Below, piece by piece: positions 35,691 through 49,392 of a DNA stretch of 64,000 nucleotides (its first letter is position 1; each line of letters begins with the position of its first letter). The notes beneath the pieces are model-generated. The model worked only from the letters and a program-made list of their open reading frames with translations. It was not told the origin of the DNA and made no database searches. A program made the translations under genes and the position numbers. Origin of the DNA: Octopus bimaculoides (lineage: Eukaryota); contig NC_068991.1 in NCBI RefSeq assembly GCF_001194135.2, positions 53,124,570 to 53,188,569 of the forward strand. Reading direction: 5' to 3'.

Positions 35691-37774
35691 CATATGTGGT
35701 TTAGAAACCTGCTTTCCAACAAAGTGGTTCTGAGTTTGATCCTACTGTGCAACAGTTCAGACATCTACTGTAGGTTTCATCATCATTGAATGTCTATGCT
35801 GGTATGGGTTGAATGGTTCAAGCCAGAGGACTGTACAAAACAACTATGTCTGTTTTGATATGGTTTCTACCAATTGATGCCCTTCCTAACCACTTTATAG
35901 TGTACTGGGTGCATTTTATGTGGCACCGGCACTAGCGAAACCATCAAGTCACTTGCAAGACAAGACCATACAACTGAGAAGGGAGTAGTAATAGAGTGGG
36001 TAGTTTTACACCAGGTGAAAGGTTAAAGTATGATAGGAGTTAAAACAAGTCTTGCAGTCAAGGAGATACATTGCTACCCCAGTTTGAAAAAAAAGGTGGT
36101 GAAGATGTGTCAGGGTGAATTTCGAAGGCAGAAACAGTGTAGAAGCCTGTCGCACGTTTGTATGTGTGTGTGTTTCTTTATAGTTTGCATGAAGCATTGT
36201 CTGATATAGAGGTTTTAAATTTTCTTTTAAAGCCAAAACAATGCAAGTTATAAGAAATAAGTTGAAGGTTTGTACTTTTGTATTAATATATTTCAGGATT
36301 AGGACCCCTTCTTGAAATCTTCGGGAAAATGTGAGCTGACTACTCTGATCGAGTGAGTGAGTGAGTGAGTGAGTTGTGTGTGCATATACGGCCAGCTTTT
36401 CATGTGCAGGGTAGCATTGCCATAGTAGCCAATCAGCTGCATGCAACTTGGTTCTCTTAACTCATTACCTACTAGTGATCTCATATGAGATCACTTAAAA
36501 ATTACAAATTTCATAATTATCTGTCAATATTTACACATATCTAACCTTTTTGCTATATCTACTAGGTATATTTCTCTGATATTCAAATGAGGTTTGCTAA
36601 TTTTTCACCCAATATCTCGCTTATTTCTATTTAAAATGTTATTTTGATCATTCCAGCGCGTTTCTAAGGCTGTTTTAAGCTAGAAATTTAAGTTTCATAA
36701 AAGAATTCCAGTTAATAGAATTATGGGAGGTAATGGATTAATGTGGGTTGATCTTAAGATGGTTTCTTTTATTCTAAGAACCCAATCTTTCATTTTGTGG
36801 CTTCCATGAAAACCTGGACCTCTCGGGTGTGACATGAAGCAAATAATTTCAATCTTAATATCCAAACCTTACAAACAGTATTTGATGAGAAACAAGGAAA
36901 TAACAAGCATCAGAAACAAAGGACTGTGTAATACACCCACACAAATCACTATTGCTCTGCCAAATAGTTTGAAATACTATAATTTTTATAGCTTTATACT
37001 GTAGGTTTTGGTTCTTATGTTCACTCACCATTTTTAATAATGGGAAAAATCTCAAGTCAACTCACATTGTAAATGGGTTATATTTTGAAACAAAAATTTC
37101 TAAAAAGTGGCAGCCACCTGAGGTAAATAAACAAACTTCTGGAGTATTGAAGAATGAGAATATTCCTATTTTTCCATGATAATTTTGGTAGTTACAGTCC
37201 TTTGTTATATGCTTGCATAATGAAGAGAAAACTGTCAGGCTTATGTATGAAATTTTCTTTACTGTTTTTATAGCTGGATACCCATCCTACAACAAATCAT
37301 TTAGAGAATGAACTTACTGCATTTTCTCATATCCTGACAACACTAGAGAGTTTGTCACGACTGAAATCTACCCTCTTATATATCAGTTTTAATGAGTGTC
37401 TTCTAGGCAGGTTGGCTTCACAAGTCCACATGTATGTGTGTACAGATATATATATTCTCAAATTACGAACATAAAGTACTTATTCTATTGACACCTATAC
37501 ATTTAATAGACAATTTCAGGAGATGCAACTTAATGCACTGGTTTATACTTGTGAACAAAATGAAAGGATTTTGCAAATGTGGTAATTCTTTATTAAAGTC
37601 CCGAATTCACCTTAGCAAAAGGCAGCAATTATTCTGCCTTGTTACTTTAATGCATTTTCATAGCCAAAATGCACTTTTTGCCCTCAACTCTTTACTCACC
37701 AACTTCAAAGAATCATGAACTAGTGTCTGGTACATACATACAATAGATATATATATATATATATNNNNNNNNNN

Positions 37775-37806
<32 letters not shown>

Positions 37807-38341
37807 CATATATATATATGTCATCATTTTAACATCCGCTTTTCCATGCTTGCTTGGGTTTGATGAAGTTTATGAACAGAAGCCCTTCCTGTCACTAATC
37901 CTTATTTGTTTCTAAACAAGGTAATATTTCCCTATGGCCAGACATGCTTTTGCAGAAACTTGCAATAAATACCATTCATTTACAACAAAAACACAATCCC
38001 TTCTACTATAGGTACAAGACCTAAAATTTTAGAGGAGAGGACTAATCAATTACATCGACCCTAGTACTTGACTGGTACTTATTTTATTGAACCTGAAAGG
38101 ATGAAAGGCAAAGTTGACTTAGACAGAAGAAATGGACACATACAGGGTAAATTTCTTTCAGTTTCCATCAACCAAATACACTTACAAGGCGTTGGTTGCC
38201 CAGTGCTATAAAAGACACTTGCCTAAGGTGTTCTGCAGTGAGACTAAACCTGAAACCATGTGGCTAGGGAGCAAACTTAACTATCATTGTGTGATATAAG
38301 CAAACTTATACCAGACAATGAGATTTTTTATTTATTTATAT

Positions 38342-38382
<41 letters not shown>

Positions 38383-38440
38383 TACATATACACACACACA
38401 CACACACATACATACATGCATGTATGTATGTATGCATACA

Positions 38441-40027
38441 CACCCAGAACCATGCTAATAGCTTAAGAATGAAATTTAAGACTTCTTGGTTTTGTGAATC
38501 GATTTTGATAAAACTCTTCCCAGCTGGTTTGCACATTATGGCAACACCATTGGTATCTTTTCATTATTCTATGTAAAGTCCTTTTTTATTTCAGATTCTT
38601 CAGTTTTTGGGTGAACCACACTAATAGTGTCTCTCCTCTCTAAGAGCAATGGGGCATGGAAAAGGCCTTAACGATGAAAAGTCTGTCATCATCAAGCAAA
38701 AGTGATAAAAGCACCTCTCTTCATGTCATTGCGGAGAAATTAGGTTGCCATGTAGATAGGGTTAGACGATTCCTGAAAGGCCCTCCACCAAGGAAGAAAT
38801 GATCCGATTCTGGCACCTCCAAGACTGTGACAGCTAGGAATATTGGCCACAAGTTATGTGGGAAACCTGGACAAGCAAGCAAAACCATTTTCACCATCTC
38901 TAGACTTCAAAACCACTAGAAATCACATCCATGGTTTCCGAGCAAGAACCTCTGGAACTGCCTCCAACACCCCATCACAAGAGTTTAAGGCTTCAATGGG
39001 CCCAAAAGTACATGATGTTAGTTGTGTTTTGTTCACTGATGAAACCAGAGCAACCCTTGACAGACCTGATGGTTGGGTCTATTTTGGAGATGAGTGTCAC
39101 CAACTTTTACATGAACAGCAGGGTGGAGGAGTCATGTGGGCTGGTTATCATTAGGGACAGACTTGTTGGCCCAGTCAGGGTGCCTGAAGGGGTTAAAGTG
39201 ACCACAGTTGCCTACTGCAGTCTCCTGAAGGAGATCTTGGATTCCTGGCTAGATGACATACTGCTGTTACTTCTAAGGAATCTCATATTCAAGCATGACA
39301 ACGCTCCCTCCCCACTCAGCTAGGACCACCTAAACACTACTAGGGTCTTACAGCATATGATGTGAAAGGCTGATGGTGTAATTGCCAGCATCTCCAGATT
39401 GCAACCCTATCGAAAATCTTTGGTCCATCATTAAGCAAGACGTTTATGCTGATGGACGCCAATTTATATCAAAAGATGTCTTATGAGCAACCATCAAAGC
39501 TGCAGCAGACGCGGTCTAACCAGATACTATTAAGAAATTGACAGATTCCATGACTAATAGGGTTTTTGAAGTTATCCATCGAAATGGCGCTCTTGTGGCT
39601 ATATAATTCATTATGTCAGTAAATGTTATAATATTATGGTTATCCGTTAAATATATACTCCAACACTACTCCTTATATCCCACCTCCACACGCATGCACA
39701 CATGCCAATCATAACTCGTACACTGTTCACTTTCCTGTACTATGTACTGTATATGCACTTTTGAGAAGTTGCAGTGCACCTGAGCACTATAAACAATTTC
39801 ATTATTATTATAAGCTATTTTCATTCAAAAGCTATTAGTGTTGTTCACCCAAAAACTGAAGAATCTGAAAATAAAACTAAAAAAATAAGGACATTACACA
39901 GAATAATGAAAACATAATGGTGCTGCCATAGTGTGCAAACCAGCTGGGAAATGTTTTATCAAAATTGATTCACAGAAAACTGAGAAATCCTAAATTTCAC
40001 TCCTAAGCTATTAGCGTGGTTCTGGGT
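38441..40027 (+). mobile_element. Tc1-like element with about 190-bp TIRs and a frameshifted DD34E-type transposase (ATG at 38649)
   Basis: TIRs at 38441-38630 and 39830-40027. Coding motifs RLQWAQKY, LFTDETRATLD, GGGVMWAG, HDNAPS and SPDCNPIENLWSIIK. Confidence 0.9.
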
Positions 40028-41192
40028 AGACACACACACACACACACACAAACATGAAAACCAACAATTTCGTAAATACGAACAATTTACCTGATTTGTC
40101 CCCCCCCCCAGTTGACAAACTTAAAGAGAAAATGTAAAGATAAAATTTAAAAACATTTTATTTTGTATACATATAAAGACATTTGAGGTGTTTAAATTTA
40201 AAAAAAATTTAAATATAGGGCAAGAGAGAGAATGAGTTTTTGTGTGTGTGTGTGTGTGTGTTAAGGATGGTATGATTGTACATACCAATTACAAAACAAT
40301 TGCTTAATTAGCATAGGGAAATGAGAAAGTCTAAAAAAATTTTTTTTTTACAATGTTGAACTTTTAGAGGAATTGGTGCATATGCTGAAACGTGAACAAT
40401 ATTATAGTGATAATAGTCATTACCTAAAAACTGTTTTTTAAAAATTTTTATTAAGTACTGCATATTTCCAACCAATCCATCAAGAATTTAATCTTCTGGC
40501 AGGAATAAATCAGTTTTTAGTAATCCTAAAATGTAATAATGGATTAGTGGACGTTAACAAAAATGACAATTCACTTGAAAGACTTTAGGTCAGAAGCTTA
40601 TAAAAAAATAACGGACAGTAATTAAAAGAAAATTTATGTCCAGAAATGATAGGTTGAATTAGAAATTATTTTAGTGGATATTAAATAGAAAGGCAAAAGC
40701 AGATATTGTCAGAGAGGCTGTACAATTTGAACAACCAATGGTACATGGGGTGGAGAAAGTATTAAAGAGTAGACAATGATTAAATAGTATTCATGAAATA
40801 CTTTGTGTGTATATATATTTTATACACACACACAATCATTTAAACACTCTGTCCAACAAAACTTAAACATTATCCATGTACCTTTCTGCAAGTATGATAC
40901 TCAGGGTTTAAAAAAATTATGCTTGTATGCGTGTATGTGGTTGTGTGTATGTGTGCATATATGCATAAATAATTCAAAGGAGACTAGCTAAGTGTCACAG
41001 CATATATTTTTCCATTTTTATATTTTATTTTTTTAAATATTCTGAAACAAGACTTTTTGATTCTTTATTTTAGGGTGTCCAAGGAAATCTTCCTAGAAAG
41101 TATGGCAATTACTTAGATTAATCATACTACATCCCAGAATTCGTTTTACCATTATTTTAGAATACCATGCCCTGAGTTTATTCGGTCTGATA

Positions 41193-41254
<62 letters not shown>

Positions 41255-43876
41255 CAAGGTTTGTAGGTTCCACTAGTTCAGAGAAACACTCTGGAAAGTT
41301 TATAAAGCAAAATACTCATAATGAGCAATGTGTTATGTTAATTATTTCGAACATGTTTTCTTTGAGTAGAGATGAACCTGTAGTTGGCATCACACAATTT
41401 ATTGAAAATCTTCAAACACCAATATAAGTTAAATTCTTTCAGAGAAATAATGATATATAATTGTTCGTCTGGAAGTGTATATAATTTTGTCCTTTACAGT
41501 TGTATAATTTACAAGATTCTTTTGTTAACATGATTTCTTTGTTTCATAGTCACAGAATCTAAAAGATTTACCATTATCAAATATAGCATTTGTTCCAGTG
41601 TATTCACTGTTATGACTTTTGATTCTCAATAGTTATACAATCCAGTCAACCTTCAAAATATTCAGCAACTGGTAGGTGTTGCTTTGTAATTCATAACAGC
41701 CCAATAGTAATGTAGATAACGTTTTAGGTAGGTAATGATGGTAATATACACACATATGTATCTGGGGTGTTTCACTGATGCTTGGTAGAGAAACTGCAGT
41801 AAAAGCAACACAGTTGCCGTAAGGACCAACATTAAAAGAAAAACTGAAAGAGAGAAATCAAAGAAAAATGTTAATATTTTACAAAAATATATTTGCAACT
41901 GGAAAATAAACCGAGAAAAATTAATTCGTATAGCATTGTTACAGTGTTCAATATATTAGTACACAAACATACAATTTACTACTATTTAATCTCTGCTATA
42001 TTGAAATCAAATCTTTCGGATTTTAAATCATGTACATAGAAAATATCAGAATGCCTGTTACTAAAATAAGTTAGCATTAGGGGTGTTTTATCATACACTA
42101 CTGTAGAATATTTGAATTAATCCCTTAAAATTTTAAGTTAAAATACTTTAAACTATATGTTTATATAAGCTCATTTCAATACATTCAAATAGGTATGATA
42201 TAAAATAATCCAGTCCCCAAAAATATGTCATGTCTCCACATCCTTAGTTCAAATTCAGCCAAGATGAAGTTTGTTTTTTATTCTCCATGCTAACTGAAAC
42301 AAAATCAAACAAAAACCTAATTCAGTTTATTTGATTATATAAAGTGGGACCAACCTCTGTCAATGTAATTCATACATTTGTTACTTTTGACTGACATAAA
42401 ATATGAGAATTTATTTCAATCACCCAAGTAGAAGAGGTGCAATTTCTTGAGACATAGCCAAAGATACTGAATTTATTACTGTAAAGGATTGGTACCAGAC
42501 AGTAAGTATAGCAAGGGTTTTGGCCACCTGCTTTCTTAAACCTAACATACCTTCAATTACATTTAATAAGTGACTGCCCTGTGTAGTCTGCATGCCCCAT
42601 TAGAGCTATCATATCAAAGACAATGACTCAATAGCAAGTAATCACATGAATAAAAATAGCTCATGACAGAGTGTCACTGAGTTAATCTAATTAGTGCTGA
42701 GATGGTATTAGGATAAAATGATGGAAAAAATAGCAAGAGTTGTTTGCACTGCTGCTGGTAAAAATGGTTGATTGTATCACATATGAAGTATACGAGATGA
42801 GATGAATGTAATGTTGTATAATGAGATAGGCTTTGAGAGAGAAAGAGGTCTCAAATAGGATTCAACGAAAGTGTTAAATGGTAAGTTGCCCGAAATGGGG
42901 AACATACATGATCCAAGAGAGGAATCTCAAATATTCACCAATGTACACATGTTTCTAAGTATGTTCCTGTTATAAGAAGGACTGAAAAATAATGGAGTAA
43001 AAAGTTGTATGTTTGCCAACAATGGAAGTATTCATGATGACATGGTATGTTAGACCTTTCCTTTCACTCAGAATGGAGATACTGAAATGGCAAATCAAAT
43101 ATCAAGTTTTTCTACCACTATCTAGGAAATGGTCAACACAATATTCTTCATAATTACTTTTAAATATCTTCTGACAAAAATGTGAAAATAAAATGAACTA
43201 TGAAAAACCAAATTTATTTCACACTATGCTAATCAACATGTAATTTTAACATTTGTCTCTGAACAGAGACATTGGAAATATCCTGTAATGGAGAAATAAT
43301 AACCTAATCTTGAAAAACCTCTTTAAAATATTTATAATCGATGACCTTTCAGTTTTACTACATAGCCAAGAATAATCCTGATAAGCTGGATTTCCTCAAC
43401 ACATGCAGTAAATAAATACATTGGTGTTAATGTTGACCATATACTAGACAAAATACTACATTGGTCTATTGCTTATATAGACCAGCAATAACATACTATG
43501 CAAAAATAAAATTATTAGCAAAACCTCAAACACAGTACACCCTCTTTGATCTCTAGCATTTGTATAACAGCCTATGCTTTTCTCTACTCACAAATTGCAG
43601 CCAACCCAAAGCTGCCTTGAATTTCTCAACCTCAGAAGAGCAGAACTTTTGATACTTTGAGCAAAAACATTTTAAATTCAAAAGATTAGTGAATTACAGC
43701 CAATCTTTCATACAGTTTATCAAGCAACAAGTTTGTAAATGAAAATGATCATTTTTCACATGTGATACACATCCATATAACTGTGTGGCCAATACAAAAT
43801 AGTGCAACTAGGAGAGAAAAGACGATCTAAACCCAAATGAAACATTTCAATTTATCACCTCTCTATTACTTTCACC

Positions 43877-44255
43877 GTGGAGGTGCAATGGCCCAGTGGT
43901 TAGGGTAGCGGACTCATGGTCATAGGATTGCGGTTTCGATTCCCAGACCGGGCGTTGTGAGTGTTTATTGAGCGAAAACACCTAAAGCTCCACGAGGCTC
44001 CGGCAGGGGATGGTGGCGAATCCTGCTGTACTCTTTCACCACAACTTTCTCACTCTTACTTCCTGTTTCTGTTGTGCCTGTAATTCAGAGGGTCAGCCTT
44101 GTCACACTGTCACGCTGAATATCCCTGAGAACTACGTTAAGGGTACACGTGTCTGTGGAGTGCTCAGCCACTTGCACGTTAATTTCACGAGCAGGCTGTT
44201 CCGTTGATCAGATCAATTGGAACCCTCGACGTTGTAAGCGACGGAGTGCAACAAC
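43877..44255 (+). mobile_element. SINE family C, full length, with a 12-bp TSD (attactttcacc)
   Basis: A box tggcccagtgg and B box ggtttcgattccc; TSD at 43865-43876 and 44256-44267. Confidence 0.92.
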
Positions 44256-45671
44256 ATTACTTTCACCACTGCCCACCCTTTCTGCAACTGAAACTGAACA
44301 TTTCCTTTAGAGATCCATTCACTTGGATTTCTCATTCCTACTCTACTCCATGTAGAAATTTAGTGAACGAGACTCGTATCATTTCTCATTTTATTTGTAG
44401 ATTTTCTATAGAATAACACTGCTAACACAAAAGTAGGATGCAGGATTGATTATAAACCTTTAATATATTTAGTAGTATACTATGGTTGCAAAACAAAATA
44501 CTGTGTCCCTACCAGCAATTAATATTTACGCAACAGTTGCCAGGAATATATTTAATATGTAAATTGGTCTATCCAACAGTGTTGCACCGCTAAACTTAGT
44601 GGCTATTTAAGTAATGTATTTGTAGATAATTAAAGGGTTGGATGTGGTGCTGAAGGAGCATAAACTCCTGAAATATGCATATATACCCATTATTTTTCTA
44701 TCTCTGGTCACATTGCTTACATAGACATATTCACATATGAAATGTAGACAGCATGAACTTATAAATCGTTAATATACATGGTAGTATATTATGGTTGTTA
44801 AACAAAATATAGTGTCTCTACCAGCGATTAACATTATTCCTCAATCTTGGAAGGGTTTTAAAAAAAAGCAATGGAAACTGCTCTTGCTGTGAATTAATAG
44901 ACAAATATACATTTACAAATTATTATGAATAAATAATTAACCAAATGACAAAAAAAAATCTTTGATGGTTTAATGAAATAAGGAATGTTAAAATGTGCTG
45001 AAGTCTGAGTTATATCTAACCTCACCCAAACAATCAATTGTCCACACATAAATCACAGATACTCTCTATTGTAAAACAGATTGAGCAAAATGGAACTAGT
45101 GTTGCAATGAATCCTGAAGGTTTTCAGGTCTTTAATGAAATTTAAAAAAAACAACAAATAGTAAATCTAATAAGTATGTCTAATAAAACAATTTCAGTTC
45201 TGAAACACTTTAATCCTAAAATGTAATCAATTTGTAGAAAGTGGAAGCAGGATTTCATGATGTAAAGATTATAAACTTGCTGTATAGTTTTCTAGAACAA
45301 AAGCAAGCAAGCTTATTTAAGATAAATGTTGGAAAACAAATCTAAGTATAGTAACAATATATATACTGAAAACTAAGTCAGTTTGGAATGGAATTATATT
45401 CATCACCGATAGGATTGTAGTCTCAGTAGCTGATATATTGGTTATTCACAAGAACATATTAAAACGGTAAAAACTCATGGACCAAGTCATGAAATATGAG
45501 GAGAGTAACCAAAAATTTTAATGTGACACCATATAGCTTGGAAGTTTCAACACAAAATATTCTATGCCATTTGCTAAAGAGCTGCAGAAAATGGACTTGA
45601 AAAAACAAATACATTTATCTTGTGGAACCGGTTTATGTCTAGCTTTGTGAAAGTTCTTTCTATATGATTTA

Positions 45672-45915
45672 TAGGCACAGGCATAGCTGTGTGGTACGAA
45701 ATTTGCCTCCCAGTCACATGGTTCTTGGTTCAGTCCCACTGCATGGGACCTTGGGCAGATGTTTTCTATAGCCTTGGGTCAACCACACCCATGAGTGGAT
45801 TTGATAGAAACTGGAAAAACCTGTATGTGTGTGCGTGTGTGTGTGCGTGTGTGTAGTGAACATCCCCCATAACTTAGTGGTTAGGGAAAAGACTGATAGA
45901 ATAAATACCAGGCTC
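45672..45915 (+). mobile_element. SINE family A, internally deleted
   Basis: gctgtgtggtacgaaatttgcctcccagtcacatggttcttggttcagtcccactgc head. Confidence 0.75.
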
Positions 45916-48900
45916 ATAAAATATGATTTATATAACCTCTTACAGAATGGGGTAACAAGAAACACTAATAAAGTATGAAAAACTATTGCCACTGACTGTC
46001 TTTTAACAGAAGCCAATTGGTCATAACAATGGAATGGAAAAAAAGTGGACAAAACTACTAAGGAAAAGAAAGCTGTCCAGTACTATGAAAAATGCAGATT
46101 ATTTGATATATAGGAATTATCGTGACATCTGAATTATGCAGTCCATTCATGTTTAAATGTATTAGGTGCAATGTTTGGTTAACATATTTTAACAAGGAGT
46201 ATAGACTGCACTGATGATTCATTGGTAGTTTAGCTAAAGTGATTATTTAGGAAATAACCAGTTCAGACAGTGCATGGATTAGTTAACTATAATAATGTAC
46301 TGGGACATAACTAGTCAAAAATACCAGTTATTTAGTTCCCCAAATCAGCAATGATGATCCTTTTACATTAGGCAGTGTGCATCACAACTACATTATTATT
46401 CAACATATCCTTTCAGACAGTAGTAGAGTATAATTAGAGAGTGATTCAATTTATCAGTTGAGACACTTTTGTTGCTTCATTACATTAACAAGTTAACTTG
46501 GGTCAAACACTGAAGAAAGTACATCAAAATATTTTATATAAAATTATGTTCTCACAACTAAATTGTATCAATCTAAAAGTGTAGCACTTGGAAGTCGTAA
46601 TTTCTGAAGTATTACAAACATTTTCAGAATAGAAATATTTTAAAGAGGTAAAATATGCAACCAGTGTAATGCTTAAGTAACAATGTACGAAATCAATAAA
46701 ATCTGTAGACAATATCATTTACTATCTATCTTTCATGCAGGAGAGCTGTACCAGGCTCCAACTGTCTGTTCTGGCATGGTTTCTACAGTTGAATGTCCTT
46801 CCTAACACTAACTGCTTTACAGAGTTTACTGGGTGCCTTTTATGTGGAACTATCACCGGTGCTTAAAGAGAAAATTCATATTTTAAGTGAACTGTTACTC
46901 ATTTTTATTAGTCAATTTTTTCAATTAAAGTGATTTATTAAAGATAATTGAAATTGTAAATTCATTCTGAAACTAAATTTTGGAAAACAGTCATTGTTAT
47001 TGAACACTCATATACAAGGTTAATTATTGATAATTACACAGACAAAAACTCCATATATATTTTCTAACTATCATGATTATGTAAACGCTACAATTAAAGT
47101 TATATTCCTTGTGTACCTTATTTTACAGGATATCAAACCTTTGATCCAATATTAACTCTCAAATTATTAAATGAAATTCCCTTGAAAGGTTTCACTTACT
47201 GAGATGAATTTTTACTTCCCATATCTTCTATCCAAAGGATCACTTCACCCAACTGTCATCCTCCATACATATCACATATCCTAACCACACTAATCCAATT
47301 CCCTTTTTTTTTTTTTTTTTACTCAATTCTTCCTGAAGCTCGTTTGTATTTTATCATCCATACATGCTAACATCAACCAACCAACAGAATGTGCTCACCT
47401 CATTTTTTTCCAGCTTCAGCACATCTTCCACATTCAACTGTCCACAAGCAACATACAATTTTATTCTTCAGTTGCACAGAGAATTCCTTTTCCCATTACT
47501 TTTACTCTGGATACTATGCTTTCAGAACTACAAACACTAATAATTAGGACCCGAAATAACAAACGACTTCGAGGGACCCTTGTGAGAATTTATTTCAAAG
47601 GTGCTCTTCTTGCTAACAACTCCTATACAAAGCTTTTTTCAGTTTGTTAGCACACAACACTATACTGGGTGCACCCAAATAGAATTCTTTCAGTAACCAG
47701 CACATTTCTGTCGAGTCCTCTTGAATTTTTTCCTGCTAATTAAAAAAGGATTTTCTTTCCTAGGTTTATTTAAACTCTTCAATGTTTGGAATTTGATCTT
47801 TAAGTCTTTAATATCTACCATAACAGCAGTCTTCAGACTTTACTGTTATGTATGGCCTGGAGAACTGTAATAACTCCTTACTGATCTCATTGCTAACTCC
47901 CACCTTAGTTGATGGAAACTCTATGCAATAGCTTGCATACACTCACAAGCCATACCTCAACACCCAATTTTCACAGTGACCACTAGACTAGAAGGCAAGG
48001 TTTTCTCCAGATCAACAGATATTTCTATTTCTTTATCTTTGTAGCAGTCATAGGGTACGTCTCTATACAACCTGTTTGGCAATGCAAATGTCTAGGAAGT
48101 GTCCTATATCACTGAATAATTCAGCATTTCAGCGACTATCCTGACTAGCTATTTCCCCTGTCTAATACCGATGTAATTAGAGGTGGAAATTGTGAAAATA
48201 TTTACAACTAAGTGACTTGCATCTTCACAGAAAATATAAAGAGGTGCCAGACTGTACTCGTCAGACCCATGATTAAAATACTCCATTCATGACCATCCCA
48301 CTTCAGACACATTGTGTCAAGAACTGCATTAATTCCGTGTGTTAAAATGGCAGTGAGATGGGGTTGCTTTTTCTAGCAGGACTTGCAACCATTTATTGGT
48401 TTGTGTAAATACTAGTGATTAAAATAAATATAAACTCAATTTATAACAAATTAAATGAAGGGATCTTCAGTTGGTTTCAATGAGGATATTCCAATGATTT
48501 AATTAGTTGAAAGAATTATAATATACGTGACTGAGTATTCCAAGATATGTATATCTTTAAATGTAATCCTCAGGCAGAATTAGTATGCCAGTGTTTGACA
48601 AAATTGGTCCTGTGAATTAGATACAAGACATGATAGGCTTTCAGAGTTTTCAATTTTCATTCACAGGGTTTGAATAAGCTTGAGGTTATAGTAAGAAGAC
48701 ACTTGCCTAAGGTACCATGCAGTGGAATCAAACCCAGGACCTCAAGATTGCAATGCCAACTCCTTAACCACTCAGCCATACCAGCATCCAAATATAAGGT
48801 TTATCCACTAATGGGAATGTTAGGTGAAAAAGGTAAGATTGAGTGATGGTCTTGTGAAAACTAACATTAAAAGTGATGTTTAATGCAGCAGATTTTAACT

Positions 48901-49278
48901 ATAGTATTGTTAAACAGCAATAAATATAGATGTGAACAAGGTTTTTGGAATTTAAAAAAAAACAAAGAGAAACCTTTTGCAATTAATTGATCACTGAGAC
49001 CAGGAACCACATTAATAAATCTGATAGAAATGGTGCACAGTTTATAAATAAAGTGAAACTCAAGTAGAATGCTACAACCAACAGATTTTTGAAAAGAACT
49101 TCAAGTTAAGGAGAATAAAACATCTTTGAGAATCTGTGGTCCCAGAGAATAAATCAAGAAACCACATAATTGTGCAAAATGTTTTAAGATATTTCAATTC
49201 ACCTCCACTTAGTCATTCAAGTCTACATTAATTCTGCTATCTGTGTGTGTATACAAAGACACACACACTTTTCCTCAC

Positions 49279-49392
49279 TTATTCTGCCACTCCATACACG
49301 CACCTCCCTCCACATTTATTCCGCTACTCCATACACGTACATCACTCCTCATTTATTCCGCTACTCCATATGTACATCCCTCCTCACTCATT
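49279..49392. repeat. 37-bp minisatellite, three units
   Basis: ttattc(t/c)gc(c/t)actccata... starts at 49279, 49316 and 49353. Confidence 0.8.

Noticed and set aside
36000-36800. Possible Helitron/hAT-like element with a (GAGT)n tract
   Set aside because: Termini could not be defined confidently.
43877-43955. tRNA-like sequences at SINE heads (also 18614, 31557, 5607)
   Set aside because: A/B boxes are present but there is no complete acceptor stem, and each continues into a SINE body, several with TSDs.
47100-48200. Possible decayed LINE endonuclease/RT (similar relics at 16640, 21560, 32600, 42500, 55500, 58600)
   Set aside because: No diagnostic motif could be read reliably by eye.
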